Of a stretch of DNA of 64,000 nucleotides, positions 1 to 14,283 are shown piece after piece. Below the pieces are notes generated by a model, which was not told the origin of the DNA, did no database searches, and saw only the letters and a list, made by a program, of their open reading frames with translations. How positions within the stretch are numbered: the stretch's first letter is position 1; each line of letters starts with the position of its first letter. Source of the DNA: Eledone cirrhosa. Lineage: Eukaryota. The translations under genes were made by a program, and so were the position numbers. Location: positions 73,842,001-73,906,000 of the forward strand of contig OZ024742.1 of assembly GCA_964016885.1 (NCBI GenBank), read 5' to 3'.

Positions 1-753
1 ACAAGCAGCAGCTAACTCCCATGTTCGATGATTTTGAGATGTACGCAACTCTCTGTCAGCCAGGAGGTGGAGAGGGAGTTGTTGTTCTGTTTCGAAAAAA
101 CTTGGATCTCAAAGTACAGACGATTCACTTGGACCTGGAGGGCAGCCGGGTGGTCCTGGACGTGAATGGTAGTGAAGGTGGAGCTTTCAGACTGGTGGCC
201 GTATATGCCCCGACTGGAACAACGCGACCAGAGTTTTTCAAGCGTCTTCAGCCATTCCTGGGAACGTCTCGCTCCTTACTGTTAGCAGGGGACTGGAATG
301 GCATCTTAGACGTACGTTGGGATTATGTAGGAGCTTGTGATAATAGAAGGGGGTGTAATAGCCTAAAAAATCTCATCAGCCAATTCCAACTGGCTGATAG
401 ATATCGACTAGACTTCCCAAGTGCACCACTGTGGACATGGAGCAACCGCACTGGGCCTTCTAGATCGTATTTAGATAGATTTTTAATTAGACAGAATGAT
501 AAGGAAACATTAAGCTGTCCACAAATGCACATGGTTGCCTATTCAGACTACAAATTAGTCACCTGCATAGTCAACCTTGATAGAATACATAGACAGGGAC
601 CCGGATACTGGAAGCTAAACATGCCGCTCCCGGCGTATATATAGTTTATTGTTATTCATTAATGTTAAAGTTATATGAATTTTATGTAAAACCCCCGCCG
701 TCACGTCTTGTAATGTCCCATATTTGTACGCCCCTGTGGCAAATAAAGAAAGA
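1..753 (+). mobile_element. Internally deleted Tx1/L1-clade LINE: APE endonuclease (ORF 21..644) joined directly to the element 3' end
   Basis: The ORF has APE motifs (VAVYAP, GDWN, SYLDRF, SDYK, GYWKLN) and closely matches ORF 55070..56398. Its tail TTTATGTAAA..CCCC..GTGGCAAATAAAGAAAG matches the 3' end of the element at 52796. Confidence 0.8.
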
Positions 754-756
754 TAT

Positions 757-1504
<748 letters not shown>

Positions 1505-1759
1505 TTGACCTTGACGATACAATCTACTATTGTAGGAATTGATTTGGCAGTAGGTCATAACTTTGAAACCTACTACAGAGCTTGCGATTTCAGAAGAGCA
1601 GTGTAATTGTAATAGTTGAAGAGGCAGATTCAGCAAGTATGAGTTTGTAGCTGTAGTGCGTTGATGTGTGAATCTTTGCTAATTAGCCAAATGCTCTTTT
1701 GGCTGTTTGTATGTATAATATAATATAGCGTGCATCTATATATTACTAAAAGTCTGTGA

Positions 1760-1791
<32 letters not shown>

Positions 1792-2068
1792 CTGTCTGTA
1801 TTGTAATACAGCCAAAAGGGCGCATAATGGGAAAATACTTTGAAAGAAAGTTGTCACTGAAATGCGAATACAAATGGGATAAAACAAGTTTCGCGTAAAT
1901 CAGACCACGTGTTTCCGAGATATGGGGTTTTCTGGGTACTTTCACAGAGAGAGAAGGATAGAAAGAAAGAGATAGTGGTTGTGAGAGAGTAGATTGAGAG
2001 AGAAACATAGAGAGGGAGAGAGAAGGAGACAGAGAAGGAGAGAGAAAGAGAGAGAGCCGGTGGAGTTG

Positions 2069-2128
<60 letters not shown>

Positions 2129-2217
2129 GTGGAACACTGGAAGGTAATATCCGTAGTGTAGAGCACTCAGTCCATGGGACGAGTTAGGTAGAAGTGGTTA
2201 CACAACAGTTAGTTCAC

Positions 2218-2265
2218 CATACCGAGAACAATTGTTTCACCTTAGCGGATCCTCAGCTCGGAATG
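2218..2265 (-). ncRNA. Type I hammerhead ribozyme in PLE 3' repeat
   Basis: Reverse complement of 4351-4398. Confidence 0.82.
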
Positions 2266-2423
2266 GGCATGGTTATAGGAACAGGAAGGACAACCGTACG
2301 AACGCGCATGCGCAGAAAACCGGTCACTTCACACAGGCAATACCAGACTGCGTGCGAGAGATGTAAAGGAGATAACTGCGAAAGTCCGAAAAGTTTTTAG
2401 GTTGAAAATAAAATTACAAAGAA

Positions 2424-2850
2424 TCAGTCCGGAGCCTTGTAGTTATGCAATAGGTGTTTGGCGACGTGTGGACAACGTGTGAAAAAATCATTTCTCGTTT
2501 TTAGGCAATCACTATTGCGCAATCTCTTTAGGATAGTTATTCGTTCGTCAATACATAAGCCACACGTCGGATTTTCCCTTGCGTATGGCTTGGACTTAGT
2601 GATGGCTTTCCATTGAATGGAGTAGTCTATTGAGTCCTTGAGGGACCATACGTGGCTCGCGAGTTTCGTGGATGAACGTCTGTCCGGGTACCTGAAGGTA
2701 GACTGGTGGTTCAAGAAACGTTCCTTAAATTGGCCCTCCGCCATGCCCACATAGGATTTGACCTCCTGTGGTTCGTTTGTTCGGTTGGAAGTGACCACAG
2801 CTTCATAAATTACGGCTGGTGTGTTGCATTGCTGTTAAAGGGGCAATCTT
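2424..2850 (-). pseudogene. PLE GIY-YIG endonuclease
   Basis: VIYE..SYVGMAEGQFKERFLNH..CGLCIDE..CPH, with an inverted duplicate at 3816..4190. Confidence 0.88.
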
Positions 2851-3009
2851 CAGGCTTACGGCAAGAGCAGCCTGGTGGGGTGTTGCTCCTAGGGCTGCTG
2901 GTGATGTGGGCCTTCATGTTCTTAGCGCAAGAGTATCCTTGTTTAACTTTGTGTCGGTTAAAGATGGAGCGGTATTTATGACCTATGGGAAAGTGTCTAT
3001 CTAAGAGGG

Positions 3010-3690
3010 CTAGAAATGTTTTTCTACATTGGTTTTAATGTTGAGTGAGAAGGGAGGAGAGAACCAGATAGTTTGTCTATTGTTACGCTTTCTTTTCTTA
3101 TTGCTGTTGTTGATAGTGGGAGAGTAAGTGATAGGTTGCGAGAAGCCGCTGTTAGCTAACGCCGTGTTATAGTAGGGTGCCACCCTGTCAAAGATAGCCT
3201 TATTAGAGGAGAGGTTTGAGATTCTAGTACTGATATTCTTAACGAAGTTTCTAAAAACAGTGGGAGGGTGGCATGAGTCCTTGTGAATGTAATTGAGTTT
3301 CTCGTTTAGCTTATGGAAGGGTCTGTGGGTGTGTGTGCGAAGGTCTAAATTAATGTCTAAGAAATCTACGCTAGTGAGGTTGGTGGCTACTGTTATCCTA
3401 AGTCCTAACTCATTGAAGGTAGAAGCTAAGTCTTTTTTAAACCGATGGAGGTCCTGACCACTTTTATGGCTCGATAAAGTCAGTCCATCGTCGCGGTATA
3501 TTCCCGTGTGGAAGTCCGGGAATCTAACACGTAATATGTCTAAGATAAATAGGCCAACCAAGTCACATACGTCAGCACTGTCAAACGATCCCATGGAGAC
3601 GTCGAATAGGTCTGAAGTTGTAGTCTTCTTTGCTCAGGCTACTCCGTCGTTGAAGAGGAGGGTTTTCCGGCAGTGAGCGATGATTTCCCT
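3010..3690 (-). pseudogene. PLE reverse transcriptase, partial
   Basis: MGSFDSADVCDLVG, GIYRDDGL and DFLDINLDL..PFHK..YIH..S.HP motifs. There is a premature TGA at 3634-3636. Confidence 0.9.
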
Positions 3691-4350
3691 GTCTAAACCA
3701 TCGACGGTGGTATAAGTGGTAGCGAAGTCCAACCCCACCAGGGTGCTCTTGCCGTAAGCCTGAAGCTTGCCCCGTTCAACAGCAATGCAACACACCAGCC
3801 GTAATTTATGAAGCTGTGGTCACTTCCATCCGACCAAACGGACCACAGGAGGTCAAATCCTATGTGGGCATGGCGGAGGGCCGATTTAAGGAACGTTTCC
3901 TGAATCACCAGTCTACCTTCAGGTACCCGGATAGACGTTCATCCACGAAACTCTCGAGCCACGTATGGTCCCTCAAGGACTCAAGTATAGACTACTCCAT
4001 TCAATGGAAAGCCATCACTAAGTCCAAGCCATACGCAAGGGGAAATTCGACGTGTGGCTTATGTATTGACGAACGAATAACTATTCTAAGAGATTACGCA
4101 ATAGTGATTGCCTAAACACGAGAAATGAATTTTTCACACGTTGTCCACACGTCGCCAAACACCTATTGCATAACTACAAGGCTCCGGACTGATTCTTTGT
4201 AATTTTATTTTCAACCTAAAAACTTTTCGGACTTTCGCAGTTATCTCCCTTACACCTCTCGCACGCAGTCTAGTATTGCCTGTGTGAAGTGACCGGTTTT
4301 CTGCGCATGCGCGTTCGTACGGTTGTCCTTCCTGTTCCTATAACCATGCC

Positions 4351-4398
4351 CATTCCGAGCTGAGGATCCGCTAAGGTGAAACAATTGTTCTCGGTATG
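4351..4398 (+). ncRNA. Type I hammerhead ribozyme in inverted PLE 3' repeat
   Basis: ccgag CTGAGGA tccgctaaggt GAAAC aatt GTT ctcgg. Stem I is ccgag/ctcgg and stem III is the palindrome ACAATTGT. Confidence 0.82.
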
Positions 4399-4425
4399 GT
4401 GAACTAACTGTTGTGTAACCACTTC

Positions 4426-4498
<73 letters not shown>

Positions 4499-4540
4499 AT
4501 GACCAGTGTATATCGATCACAGACATCCACATATATATAT

Positions 4541-4625
<85 letters not shown>

Positions 4626-4859
4626 TTATTTAAAAATTATTTTTAAGTGAACATGATTTTTTAAAAAATATTTTGAAATGAAGGTGACCCAACGGGTCAC
4701 GGGTGGTCTAGTGTATAATAAAAGCAGTGGTCAAAAATAGGCGACCAGTACTCTAAACTGTAATACTTAGTATTTATATATCCTTAGCCACTTACACAAC
4801 AAATCAGAGCTCAAGTGTCACTGAAGAAAAAAATCTCGGGTTTGTGATGCATTTTTGGC

Positions 4860-5022
4860 ATCATTGGCCCTTTATGATTTGAGTTCAAATCCCGCCGAGG
4901 TTAACTTTACCTTTCATCCATACGAGGTCGATAAAATAAAGTATTAGTCACGCACTTGGGGTCGATTTAATCGACTTTCTCCTCCCCAAAAATTGCTGGC
5001 CTTGTACCTAAATCAGAAACCA
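4860..5022 (+). mobile_element. tRNA-derived SINE (dominant family)
   Basis: B-box GAGTTCAAATCCC followed by the core CTTTCATCC..GGTCGATAAAATAAAGTA, which recurs at least 15 times in the window. Confidence 0.8.
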
Positions 5023-5568
5023 TTATTATCATCATCCTCCTCATCATCATCTTCATCATTATCGTCATCATCATCATTTAACGTCCATTTTCCCTGTTAA
5101 TCAAGGTTGGAAGTGGTGAAAATATAATGGAAGCCGCTTATAGTGATCACATTTGAATGAAGCCATTTTGATCGCAATAACGAGAAATCAATAAAGGATT
5201 TGGAACCCACTCGTTTTGATAACAATAACAAGTTGATAACATTATCCCTGGTTTTAAAAGATCGCTTTTACTATATAATTTATTCAAAGCTGAGTCTGAT
5301 AAATGCAAACTTAAATTTAAATAAGTGTTATCTCATTCTATTTAACAACATTGATGACTTTTTTCATAATTCTCACAAGTGTGAACCTATAAACATATAT
5401 GAGTTGTTAGAGTATCGGATAGAATTCTTAGTAGTATTGTTCTGAGTTAACTTTAACCTTTCATCTTTCCGATGTCGATAAAATAAAGTACTAGTTAAGT
5501 GCTGGGGGTCGATATAATCGACTCTCCCTAATCCACAAATTACTGACCTCGTATCGAAATTAGAAATC

Positions 5569-5604
<36 letters not shown>

Positions 5605-5639
5605 CCATGAACAATTGTGAAACCAAGCATTAATGATTT

Positions 5640-5840
5640 CTACTATAGCCACAAGGCCAGCAATTGGTTTGGAGGGGAGGGAAAACTCGATTAAATCGAC
5701 CCCACTGTATTACTGGTGCTTTATCAACCCCGTAAGGATGAAAGGCAAAGCTAACCTCAGCGAGATTTGAAATCAGAACGCAAAAAGCCGTAACTCAATG
5801 CCGTAAAGTTGTCCAACACTCTACCGATGCTACCAAAGCA
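5640..5840 (-). mobile_element. tRNA-derived SINE
   Basis: Reverse complement of the SINE core (GGATGAAAGGCAAAG..GATTTGAA). A partial plus-strand copy lies at about 5440-5570. Confidence 0.7.
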
Positions 5841-5896
5841 TTAATAGTGACTCCAAAGGTTTAAGTCGTGCGTTTAGTGATTGAGTCTGGATGCTG

Positions 5897-6271
5897 CTAA
5901 AGGAGACAAAGTTTTTCATATCCCCACAGGAGGATGTTTTCGAGGTCCTTATTCGTGGAGATAGTACAGGTCTTACACAATGTTGCCAGGTTATATGTAC
6001 TCGTATACGGAAGTTTATGCAGAGGCGGTTGTGTTAGAAGTAACAAGTACAATAATATACAGGCGAATAGTAAGTGTGTATAAACAGAACCTTGGCGTAT
6101 ACCACAATTGATAGTGTGGAGTGAAAAAGAACCAGGAAGAGCGTACATTATGACGTTGATGACAGACAAAAAACTTTGATGAGAGATGAATGGAGAACTA
6201 TAGGCAGGCAATTTTATTGTAACAAAAGTTTTCTTCCAAAAGACCGTACGCTTCTTAAATGAGGACCACAC
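5897..6271 (-). pseudogene. Decayed CR1/L2-type LINE RT fragment
   Basis: INCGIRQGSVYTHLLF resembles GVPQGSVLSPTLF, and KDLENILLWG resembles DL..I..W. Confidence 0.55.
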
Positions 6272-6714
6272 GTTTTTAAATGCTATTTTGGTTATAGTTT
6301 GTCACTTTAAAATAGGAAGGGATTGTTGTTAATCCATACACGAAACTCACTAGAGCATATCTCCTACTTCTGTAGCATTGGGTCATCGTCGGCGTTTTCT
6401 TGTTGTCGGGGATGATTTCAAGAATTCTGAAACCCTGAGGTCATATACAAGTGGGGGCAATTAGTGTGGAGAAAGTGTCGCGTGGTCGATCACCATAGTA
6501 CTTGCTTTTCAAATCCACTGTATCTATGTTAAAACTGTTTTGGGGACAGAAGGACACCAACGTTGCCAGATCAATTTCATATAGAAAAAATAGTATAACA
6601 GATTGTGTTAGAAAGTAGTCCAAAATAAGAATGTTACTAGAGACGGAATATAGTGGACATGTGTCGCTATTCATTTTTTAGAATTCACTCAACGATTCTA
6701 AAAATATGATTGTT

Positions 6715-6838
<124 letters not shown>

Positions 6839-6844
6839 TTAATC

Positions 6845-7028
6845 TAGAAATGGCTTCTACAGGACTAGAACTGTTTCATTCGAAGGAAACCATCAGGACT
6901 TTCCTGGTGATTTCCTTCGAATGAAACAGTTGTAGACCTGTAGAAGCCATTTCTATATCAAGTATTGTATATACTCTTCTTTGTATTTAATATTTTACTT
7001 ACTGTGGTTACCCCCGATTGAACCAGGG

Positions 7029-7030
<2 letters not shown>
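6845..7030. mobile_element. Foldback insert, family X, with a degenerate HHR in each arm
   Basis: Inverted repeat 6845-6955 containing CTGGTGA t-ttc-cttc-gaa-t GAAAC a GTT. Homologous to 36191-36390, 44555-44660 and 59172-59243. Confidence 0.7.
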
Positions 7031-7101
<71 letters not shown>

Positions 7102-9329
7102 TATATATATATAAAATACAAACCAAAAAGATGAAAATAAAACACCACCAGAGAACAAGACATTTATGTTTAAGGATTGTCTGTATGTCTGTTCCAATTA
7201 AAATTTTAAAGCAACAAATTATCCAAATTTGTAAAATAAATACTAGTGTGCTGTCCTGAAAAATAACATAATCCATCACTTGTTTGATTGCAGAGAGATA
7301 CTGATATACTGATGTGACAATCTACCGTAGTCCATCTTGACACCTTCTGTCAGAATTGTGGGCAAGGACATGAAACAGATACTTCAAGGCATCTCGTTAG
7401 TCTCTGTAATAATTATACCAATCCACCAACCCTGATTGGTGCAATGTCGGAATTGTTTATCGACCCCGAAAGTGTAAAAGGCAAAGTTGATCTCGTTTGA
7501 ATTTGAATTCAGAGTGCAAAAAACAGAAACATATGCCACAAAACATTCTATCTGGTATTCTAATACATTACTAATTCACCACCTTTGTTGTGTAGATGAG
7601 AGACTACAGCACTAACCAACTTAAAATATGGTGTACTCGGACACTTATTGTTTTGTTTTCTGGCTACCAACACAACTTTGTAGGGAAGCATGATACTAAC
7701 CACTGGTTTCTCAGTTTGTTGTTCAGAATTCTATCCATTGTGTTAAAAGAATTCTCAAAGACGAGTTGGTCGTTGCTTACAAATCTCTCCATGTCTAGAG
7801 TGTGGGTACTCAACGTCCACACAAGCAACAATAGCAACAACACTACAAGTTTACTAACAATGGTAACCTAGTCTTATGCGAGGCAACAAGAAAGCTTGTA
7901 CACGGTTGCTCGATCCACTAGAAATAACTACGAAACCTCCCTCTAATCACACACGACAATCCTGAATAATAAAAAAATAACCTATACTGGACAATGTTGT
8001 CTTTATTGTATGAAAAAGACGGGATGTTCACGATTAGAACATCTTTTTTTTTTAGTGTTGAATCAAGGAAAAGTATTGCCCATGGCCTTTTTTTTAGGGC
8101 TTCCAAGACTGGTGGAAAGGAAGAACGTAACTTCAACCCGGAGAACGTACCTAAAGGTCATGTGTTGCTATTCAATCGAGTGACGGATTACGCCTTATTG
8201 GTTTGCTGGATCACGTTTAACTGGATCACGGTTTACTTAGTATTAAATAACTACAAAATGTTTAACATTGCTCTTTAGTCTATTTCAATAAATATCTCTC
8301 CTCTTCTTTAGTCATCTCTTGCTTGTGTAACACAAACTTCCAACAGATAAACCAGTAAAACTTTCCTTCCACCATTCAAACCTGATTCAATATAAGAAAC
8401 CTTTTTGCTATATAAACCTTGAAACCTTTAAAATTCTTTGTTAGAAAATTACACCAGAAGTTCTCATTAAAAAATAAAAAATCAAATACGCCTTTTAGTT
8501 ATATTGAGACTCGTGCGACTTGTGAGGTCCTTTGCGGTAGCTTGTTTAGTTTAGGCCTAAATCCGGCACTGCCTGATACACAGAAAGACAGGATGATCAC
8601 GGCTGGAACGCTATTGAACTAGATAACAACAACTTTAATCTTAGACTCACGCTGGAATTATTGACACTCTAAATATCCGCCTAAAACCTTTTTGATACGA
8701 AAACCGCCCAAACCGTTCCTGTTATTAATGCTTATATTTATCTAAAAACCTTCCATCATACTTTTATGTAAAAACCTTTGTTAAGTTATGCTCCAAATAT
8801 TGATCATACGAAAGTTAGTTTTATTAGCAAACCCCTCCAAATTGTTGGGAGTGTATTTCATTGGAAATACGTTAATGAAAGGGTTAAGGGAGTCAAATAT
8901 ATATTTCTTAGTTATATTTTCTTTTTCTATTTCAACAATTACACAGAATAGTGTTTCTATGGTGGGAGAGACGAGTGTGTGAAGTAATGATTATCAAAAA
9001 CATTTTCGCTATTTCCTATAATGTAAGAAAGGCCGACCAATATAGGCCAGCTATTATGTATATTCAACCCTTTAAAACATATTTATTATTATATTGTTTT
9101 ATTATACTTTTACCAAACTTGTAGTTAATGAACAATTAATTTGTTTTAGACCCTGACGAAAATTGTACCTCATTTGGACATTTTCCTCTATGACATTTCG
9201 AGGTTGTATTTGAAATCAATGTTGGCGAGGTCAAAGATGCTAGCCGAAAATAGAAGTCAGGGCCACGTTTGCGTGGGGGGGGGGGAAGAGTGATAGAATG
9301 AGAGCAAGAGAGGAGAGAAAAAGAAAGAG

Positions 9330-9365
<36 letters not shown>

Positions 9366-9702
9366 TAAACAGTTCAATGGCAACATTTTGCCTGCTGTGA
9401 CGTAAATATGAGAGGAAGTTTATCATATAATAGCTTACTGCTAAACAAGACAGTGGTGTAAGTGGGATAGAGGGAGGGTAGAAGACTAGTAATTGCGTGT
9501 GTGAGTGTTACCGTAGTGTTTATGTGTGGTTGTATTCCTGTATATATATATATATGTGTGTGTGTATGTGTATAAAGTGAGTATTTGTGTGTGGGAGGAT
9601 ATGCTTTGTGGATTGTTGTATGTGAGGATCAGAGTATTTGCCCATAAGAGACTATTGTTTTGCGAGTATTCCTATATGAGTATCAAGAAATATATATATA
9701 TG

Positions 9703-9965
9703 TAGAGGTTATATTTAATTTGTTGGGATTCAACAAGCTTAAAAATGTTTATAACTGATATAAAGCACTCAACAGTTTAGTGGAGTAAATCCAGGAAGCT
9801 CCAACCGTTAAGGTTGTCTTTTTTCCGGGTATGTCAATATTTATTTATAAAACAAATCTGTATTTTATCTGATGAAAGCGCACCATAATTTGCCTTGGTT
9901 GCCCTTGAAATATATATAATAAAATAAATATGGTTTTATAAATATAGTTTCCATTTATTAATATA
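9703..9965. mobile_element. Family Y insert: inverted tail plus HHR arm
   Basis: The tail lies in minus orientation at 9703-9790, and the HHR plus partial tail in plus orientation at 9861-9965, all within (TA)n. Confidence 0.7.
9861..9926 (+). ncRNA. Type I hammerhead ribozyme (family Y)
   Basis: tattttat CTGATGA aag..ctt GAAAT atat ATA ataaaata, with an 8-bp stem I. Confidence 0.8.
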
Positions 9966-9968
9966 TTG

Positions 9969-10037
<69 letters not shown>

Positions 10038-10038
10038 G

Positions 10039-10081
<43 letters not shown>

Positions 10082-10133
10082 ATATATATATATATACATA
10101 TATATACATATATATATATATACATATATATAC

Positions 10134-10164
<31 letters not shown>

Positions 10165-10195
10165 CATATACATATACATATATATATACATATAC

Positions 10196-10252
<57 letters not shown>

Positions 10253-10259
10253 TATATAC

Positions 10260-10340
<81 letters not shown>

Positions 10341-10344
<4 letters not shown>

Positions 10345-10515
10345 AACCAGTAAGACCCCGACAGCTGAGCTCAAGCCGTTTCGACGGCTAGCCGTCGAAA
10401 CGGCTTGAGCTCAGCTGTCGGGGTCTTACTGGTTCCTATTACCCACTCTACTACCTCAAGTATTGAGTACTTTGGTGCGTTATGGTCCACCTGGTTCCTT
10501 ACCACATTTCCTTCG

Positions 10516-10517
<2 letters not shown>
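10341..10517. mobile_element. Family Z insert with a perfect 98-bp palindrome (10341-10438)
   Basis: The centre is ACGGCT|AGCCGT. Homologues occur at 21546-21680 and 47157-47285. Confidence 0.75.
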
Positions 10518-10552
<35 letters not shown>

Positions 10553-10570
10553 TATCAAAGTAGAGTTTAA

Positions 10571-10678
10571 ATATTCATTTTATAAAGGCTAAATAGTGAG
10601 TTTTGTTACTCTGGAGTTTCCCGTTTATCCTAGGCGAACCTACAGAGTAACAAGTCTCACTATTTAGCTTTAATAGAA

Positions 10679-10685
<7 letters not shown>
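10571..10685. repeat. Imperfect foldback insert in (TA)n
   Basis: atattcatt..gctaaatagtgag..tgttactctg pairs with cagagtaaca..ctcactatttagc..aatgaatat. Confidence 0.65.
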
Positions 10686-10721
<36 letters not shown>

Positions 10722-10872
10722 CCAAAGATTAGTATGGTTCGTTGATTACTCAACGAATACAATTTTACAATAGATTAGAAGCACTCAACAGCAGAAGTTT
10801 TCCTGGAGTTTTTAATATTATTCAAAATGTTAACAAATAAAAAATGAAAAATATTCTCAGAATCAAAATATA

Positions 10873-10938
10873 TACTTTATTATATATATTTCGAAGGTAC
10901 TGTGTTGTCTTTTCAGTACGTCCTCATCAGACAAAATA
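10873..10938 (-). ncRNA. Type I hammerhead ribozyme (family Y) within foldback 10721-11035
   Basis: Reverse complement reads tattttgt CTGATGA ggac-gtactg..cagtac-cttc GAAAT atat ATA ataaagta. Confidence 0.8.
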
Positions 10939-11031
10939 TATGATTTGATATATGACATACCGCTACGGTCTTGATTATTCAATTCCAGTAATGATTATGA
11001 AAATATTTTTCATTTGTTACCATTTTGAATA

Positions 11032-11064
<33 letters not shown>

Positions 11065-11082
11065 CACACATACATATATATG

Positions 11083-11143
<61 letters not shown>

Positions 11144-11339
11144 GTATGTATATATATATATATATATATAGGGTGGGGTATGTGTGCATGTGCGTATGAG
11201 TGTATTATCGAATGTGTGCGTTGCCAATAAAACTTTTAAGCTCGTCTGAATGTGGTATGACTGTATATGTATGTATGTATGTTTTCATGATGGGCCGTGA
11301 AGCTCAATAAGGATCATTATACAGTATGTACGTATGTAC

Positions 11340-11980
11340 GTATTACATATCTACAACTGTGTTTATACGGTGACACATCTACAGCTGTGTCTATACTGTG
11401 TAACACATCTACATCAGTATTATAACTCAATCACCACTGTGTAACACATCTATATGTTTGTTTACACGGCAACACATCTACAACTGGGTTGACACCGAAA
11501 CTCATCTACAACGTCTAACACATCCACAACTGTGTTTACAACGTGTAATACATCCACAACTTTTTTATAATGTGTAACACATATAAAATTGGGTTTACAA
11601 TGTGTAACGCATCCATAACCATGTGTTGATAATGTGTAACATATTTACAACTGTATTTGCCATGTGTAACACATTTACAACTGTGTTAACACTGTGTAAC
11701 ACATTTACAACTGTGCTTACAATGTGTAACACATCCACAACTGTATTTACACTGTGTAACACATCCAAAACCATGTTAACACTGTGTAACGCACTTGCAG
11801 TTGTGTTTACGCTGTGTAACACATTTACAACTGTGTTAACACTGTGTAACATACTTGCAACTATATTTATAATGAGTACTACATCTACAACTGTGTTTAC
11901 ACTGTGTAACACACAACTGTTTACAATGTGTAACACACTTACATTTGTATTTACAATGAGTAACACACTTGCAACTAGTT
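11340..11980. repeat. ~30-bp minisatellite
   Basis: Unit approximately ACAACTGTGTTTACACTGTGTAACACATTT. Confidence 0.9.
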
Positions 11981-12559
11981 GTTACTGGAGAACACACTCA
12001 GTCCTTTGTTCCCCTGTATTTGAGAATATCTCCCTTTTTATTGTTTTTGTTATGTCTGACCCCTATTTCTTCTCCCTTTGTTTGGTCCCCATCTGTTGCT
12101 ATCGTTGTCTACCTCTTTCCTATGATTATTAGATGACGCATTTCGGATCTTTGTTCAATTGAGTAGTTCCTATTTGCCACCCAATTCTATATATACGTGT
12201 GTGACGTGTGTGTGTAAGCATGGTAAACTGAAATATGTTGACAGCCAGCCAGTACGGATGGTAATAGTTTTCTGTGCTAACCAGCCTCTTATGAGTTTAA
12301 CTCATTGTTACAACCCGTTAGTGCTTTTTGGGTGGGTGGGTGGGTGGGGGGGTCATTAAAGTGAGGTCAACAACTGAACTCCGTGTCCTTTCACTAAATG
12401 TTAATGAATGCAAAAATATTAATTAGATTTTCAACCGGGAAATAATATGGTTCACAATTTTCTTCTTTTGAGATGACGGTATTGTAAAAGCGGGGGGAAA
12501 TTTTCTTCTTTGGTGGTGGTAGTATTGTAAAAGCGAGAAAAAACTTCTTTGGAGATGGT

Positions 12560-12677
12560 GGTACTGATAGAATATTTTGTGATATTCGTTTTGATTCGCT
12601 GTGCTCTAAATTCAAATCCCATCGAGGTCAACTTTGCCTTTCATCCTTTCGTGGTCGATAAATAAAGTACCAGTCCA
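12560..12677 (+). mobile_element. tRNA-derived SINE
   Basis: SINE core present. Further decayed copies lie at about 7445-7580, 12830-12960 and 13280-13370. Confidence 0.7.
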
Positions 12678-14040
12678 TGGCGATGGATTTATAAGGATTG
12701 TTGAAGAATTGAACGGGTGAAATCACTCGAGGTGTGTGTTCCAGCTATTTGAGCTCTGGGTTGAAATTCTGCCTAACATATCAAACCGTTGAGCATCGTA
12801 TCTTGTCCCCTCCCACTGCCTCCTGGACGGCGTATTAGCAGAGACATTAAAATGTCAGATTAAAAGCCACACAATATTTGTTCTGGTTCTCTGAGTTCAA
12901 ATCCAGCCGTTATCAACTTTACTTTTCTTCCTTTCGAAGTCGATGAATAAAGTACCAATTGAGAGGCAGTGAATTGGCAGGATAGTTAAAATGTCCCAAA
13001 TGATGTTTTGCGGTATCACTGTCAGCCCCTTGTGTTCTATGTCCGCCTGTGATGACATATGTGCTAAGCTGTATTTGATTTTGCTTTTGTGTTGGACAAT
13101 ATCGGTTGTGGAAAGAATGGAGATTTGTGTGCGTTGACGACTACTGATCTTCTACAAAAAATCCTTCTTCCAATTTCTTTCACGTCTGATGGAAGCAGTC
13201 GTTAAAATACAACCTCCTTCGTCATCTGTTTTTTTTTCTTTTCTTTTATCAATGACCACCAGTATGGTTGCTAAGATTTGCACACCTGGGATTTGAATTT
13301 AGAGCACAGAGAATCAGGACGAATGTCACAAAGTATTCTATCCGACGTTCTAATGACTCTGCCAATTCCTTGCCTTTACAATAGCGCCATTCCAAAGAAG
13401 TTTTTCTTCGCCTATACAATACCACCACCACCACATTACACACTTGTCGTCTTTCTTACTTGAGAACTGAATTTGGTTTGTCCTTATTCAACGAGTTGGG
13501 TACTACCTCCACGTTTGTCACTCTCATTATCTTTACTGTATCTCAATTCTAAATCCCTGGTTTAAATATTTTGCTCTACAATATTCCAGCTTTCTAGTAT
13601 TAACTTATGGAAGTTCAAGATGACCATCAGGTGTGACATGGAAAATGACCAGAGTACTGCCTTCCTTTCTCTGGCTAAATAATTATAAAGATGAACCGTA
13701 TAACTGAAGATCAATTAGAAATGCATTCCAATATTTTGGGCTGTTATTGTATATAGAGTCGAAAATGTCATGTTTGATGTAAAACTTGGTAATTGACTTT
13801 TAAAACAAATTACAAGGATTTTAGTTTTAAATCTTACATATAATTGATTGGCAGTTTTAGCGGAGAAGTTGGCTGGTATTCGTTTAGATTCAAGATAGCA
13901 TCTTACGAGGGTCGTCTAACCCATGCTAGAGTGGAAAAATGAACGTTAAACGGTGATGATATATATATATCCAAAATTAAGATAAATCAAATGAATTTAA
14001 TCTAAATCAAAATTATGGGTGTCATGCCAGAAAGACATGC

Positions 14041-14104
<64 letters not shown>

Positions 14105-14105
<1 letters not shown>

Positions 14106-14272
14106 ATGATATATGGTACCCTTGAAATAAATATAATAGAATAAATATGGTTTTATAAATATAGTTTCCATTTATTAATATCATTTATATTATACTCCAG
14201 AAATCTGTCGAGTGCTTCGAATCTGTTCTAAATATATTTGTTGAATTACCAACAAATTAAATATCTCTTTGC
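14105..14272 (+). mobile_element. Family Y fragment (3' half of HHR plus complete tail)
   Basis: cccttGAAATaaatATAatagaata..actcc..ctgtcgagtgctt, homologous to 9901-9965. Confidence 0.65.
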
Positions 14273-14283
14273 TTATATATATA

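Larger units (their letters stand above)
2125..4425 (-). mobile_element. Penelope-like element, 5'-truncated, with an inverted copy of its 3' end (3693-4425)
   Basis: RT and GIY-YIG frames lie on the minus strand. About 2194-2850 is mirrored at about 3770-4410, with an HHR in both arms. Flanked by (TA)n and (TA)/(TG)n. Confidence 0.92.
1735..4711 (+). mobile_element. Probable non-autonomous Helitron with a PLE nested inside
   Basis: The 5' end is A|TCTATATATTACTAAAAG followed by a (TTGC)n/(TGTC)n microsatellite. The 3' end is hairpin GTGACCC-AAC-GGGTCAC (4684-4700) then CTAG|T (4708-4712), giving an A|T target. Confidence 0.55.

Noticed and set aside
3634-3636. In-frame TGA in PLE RT as possible selenocysteine (some Naiad PLEs encode selenoproteins)
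   Set aside because: It aligns with a Trp in the other copies (YWVRK, YWTRN), so it is a TGG>TGA nonsense mutation. No convincing SECIS was seen.
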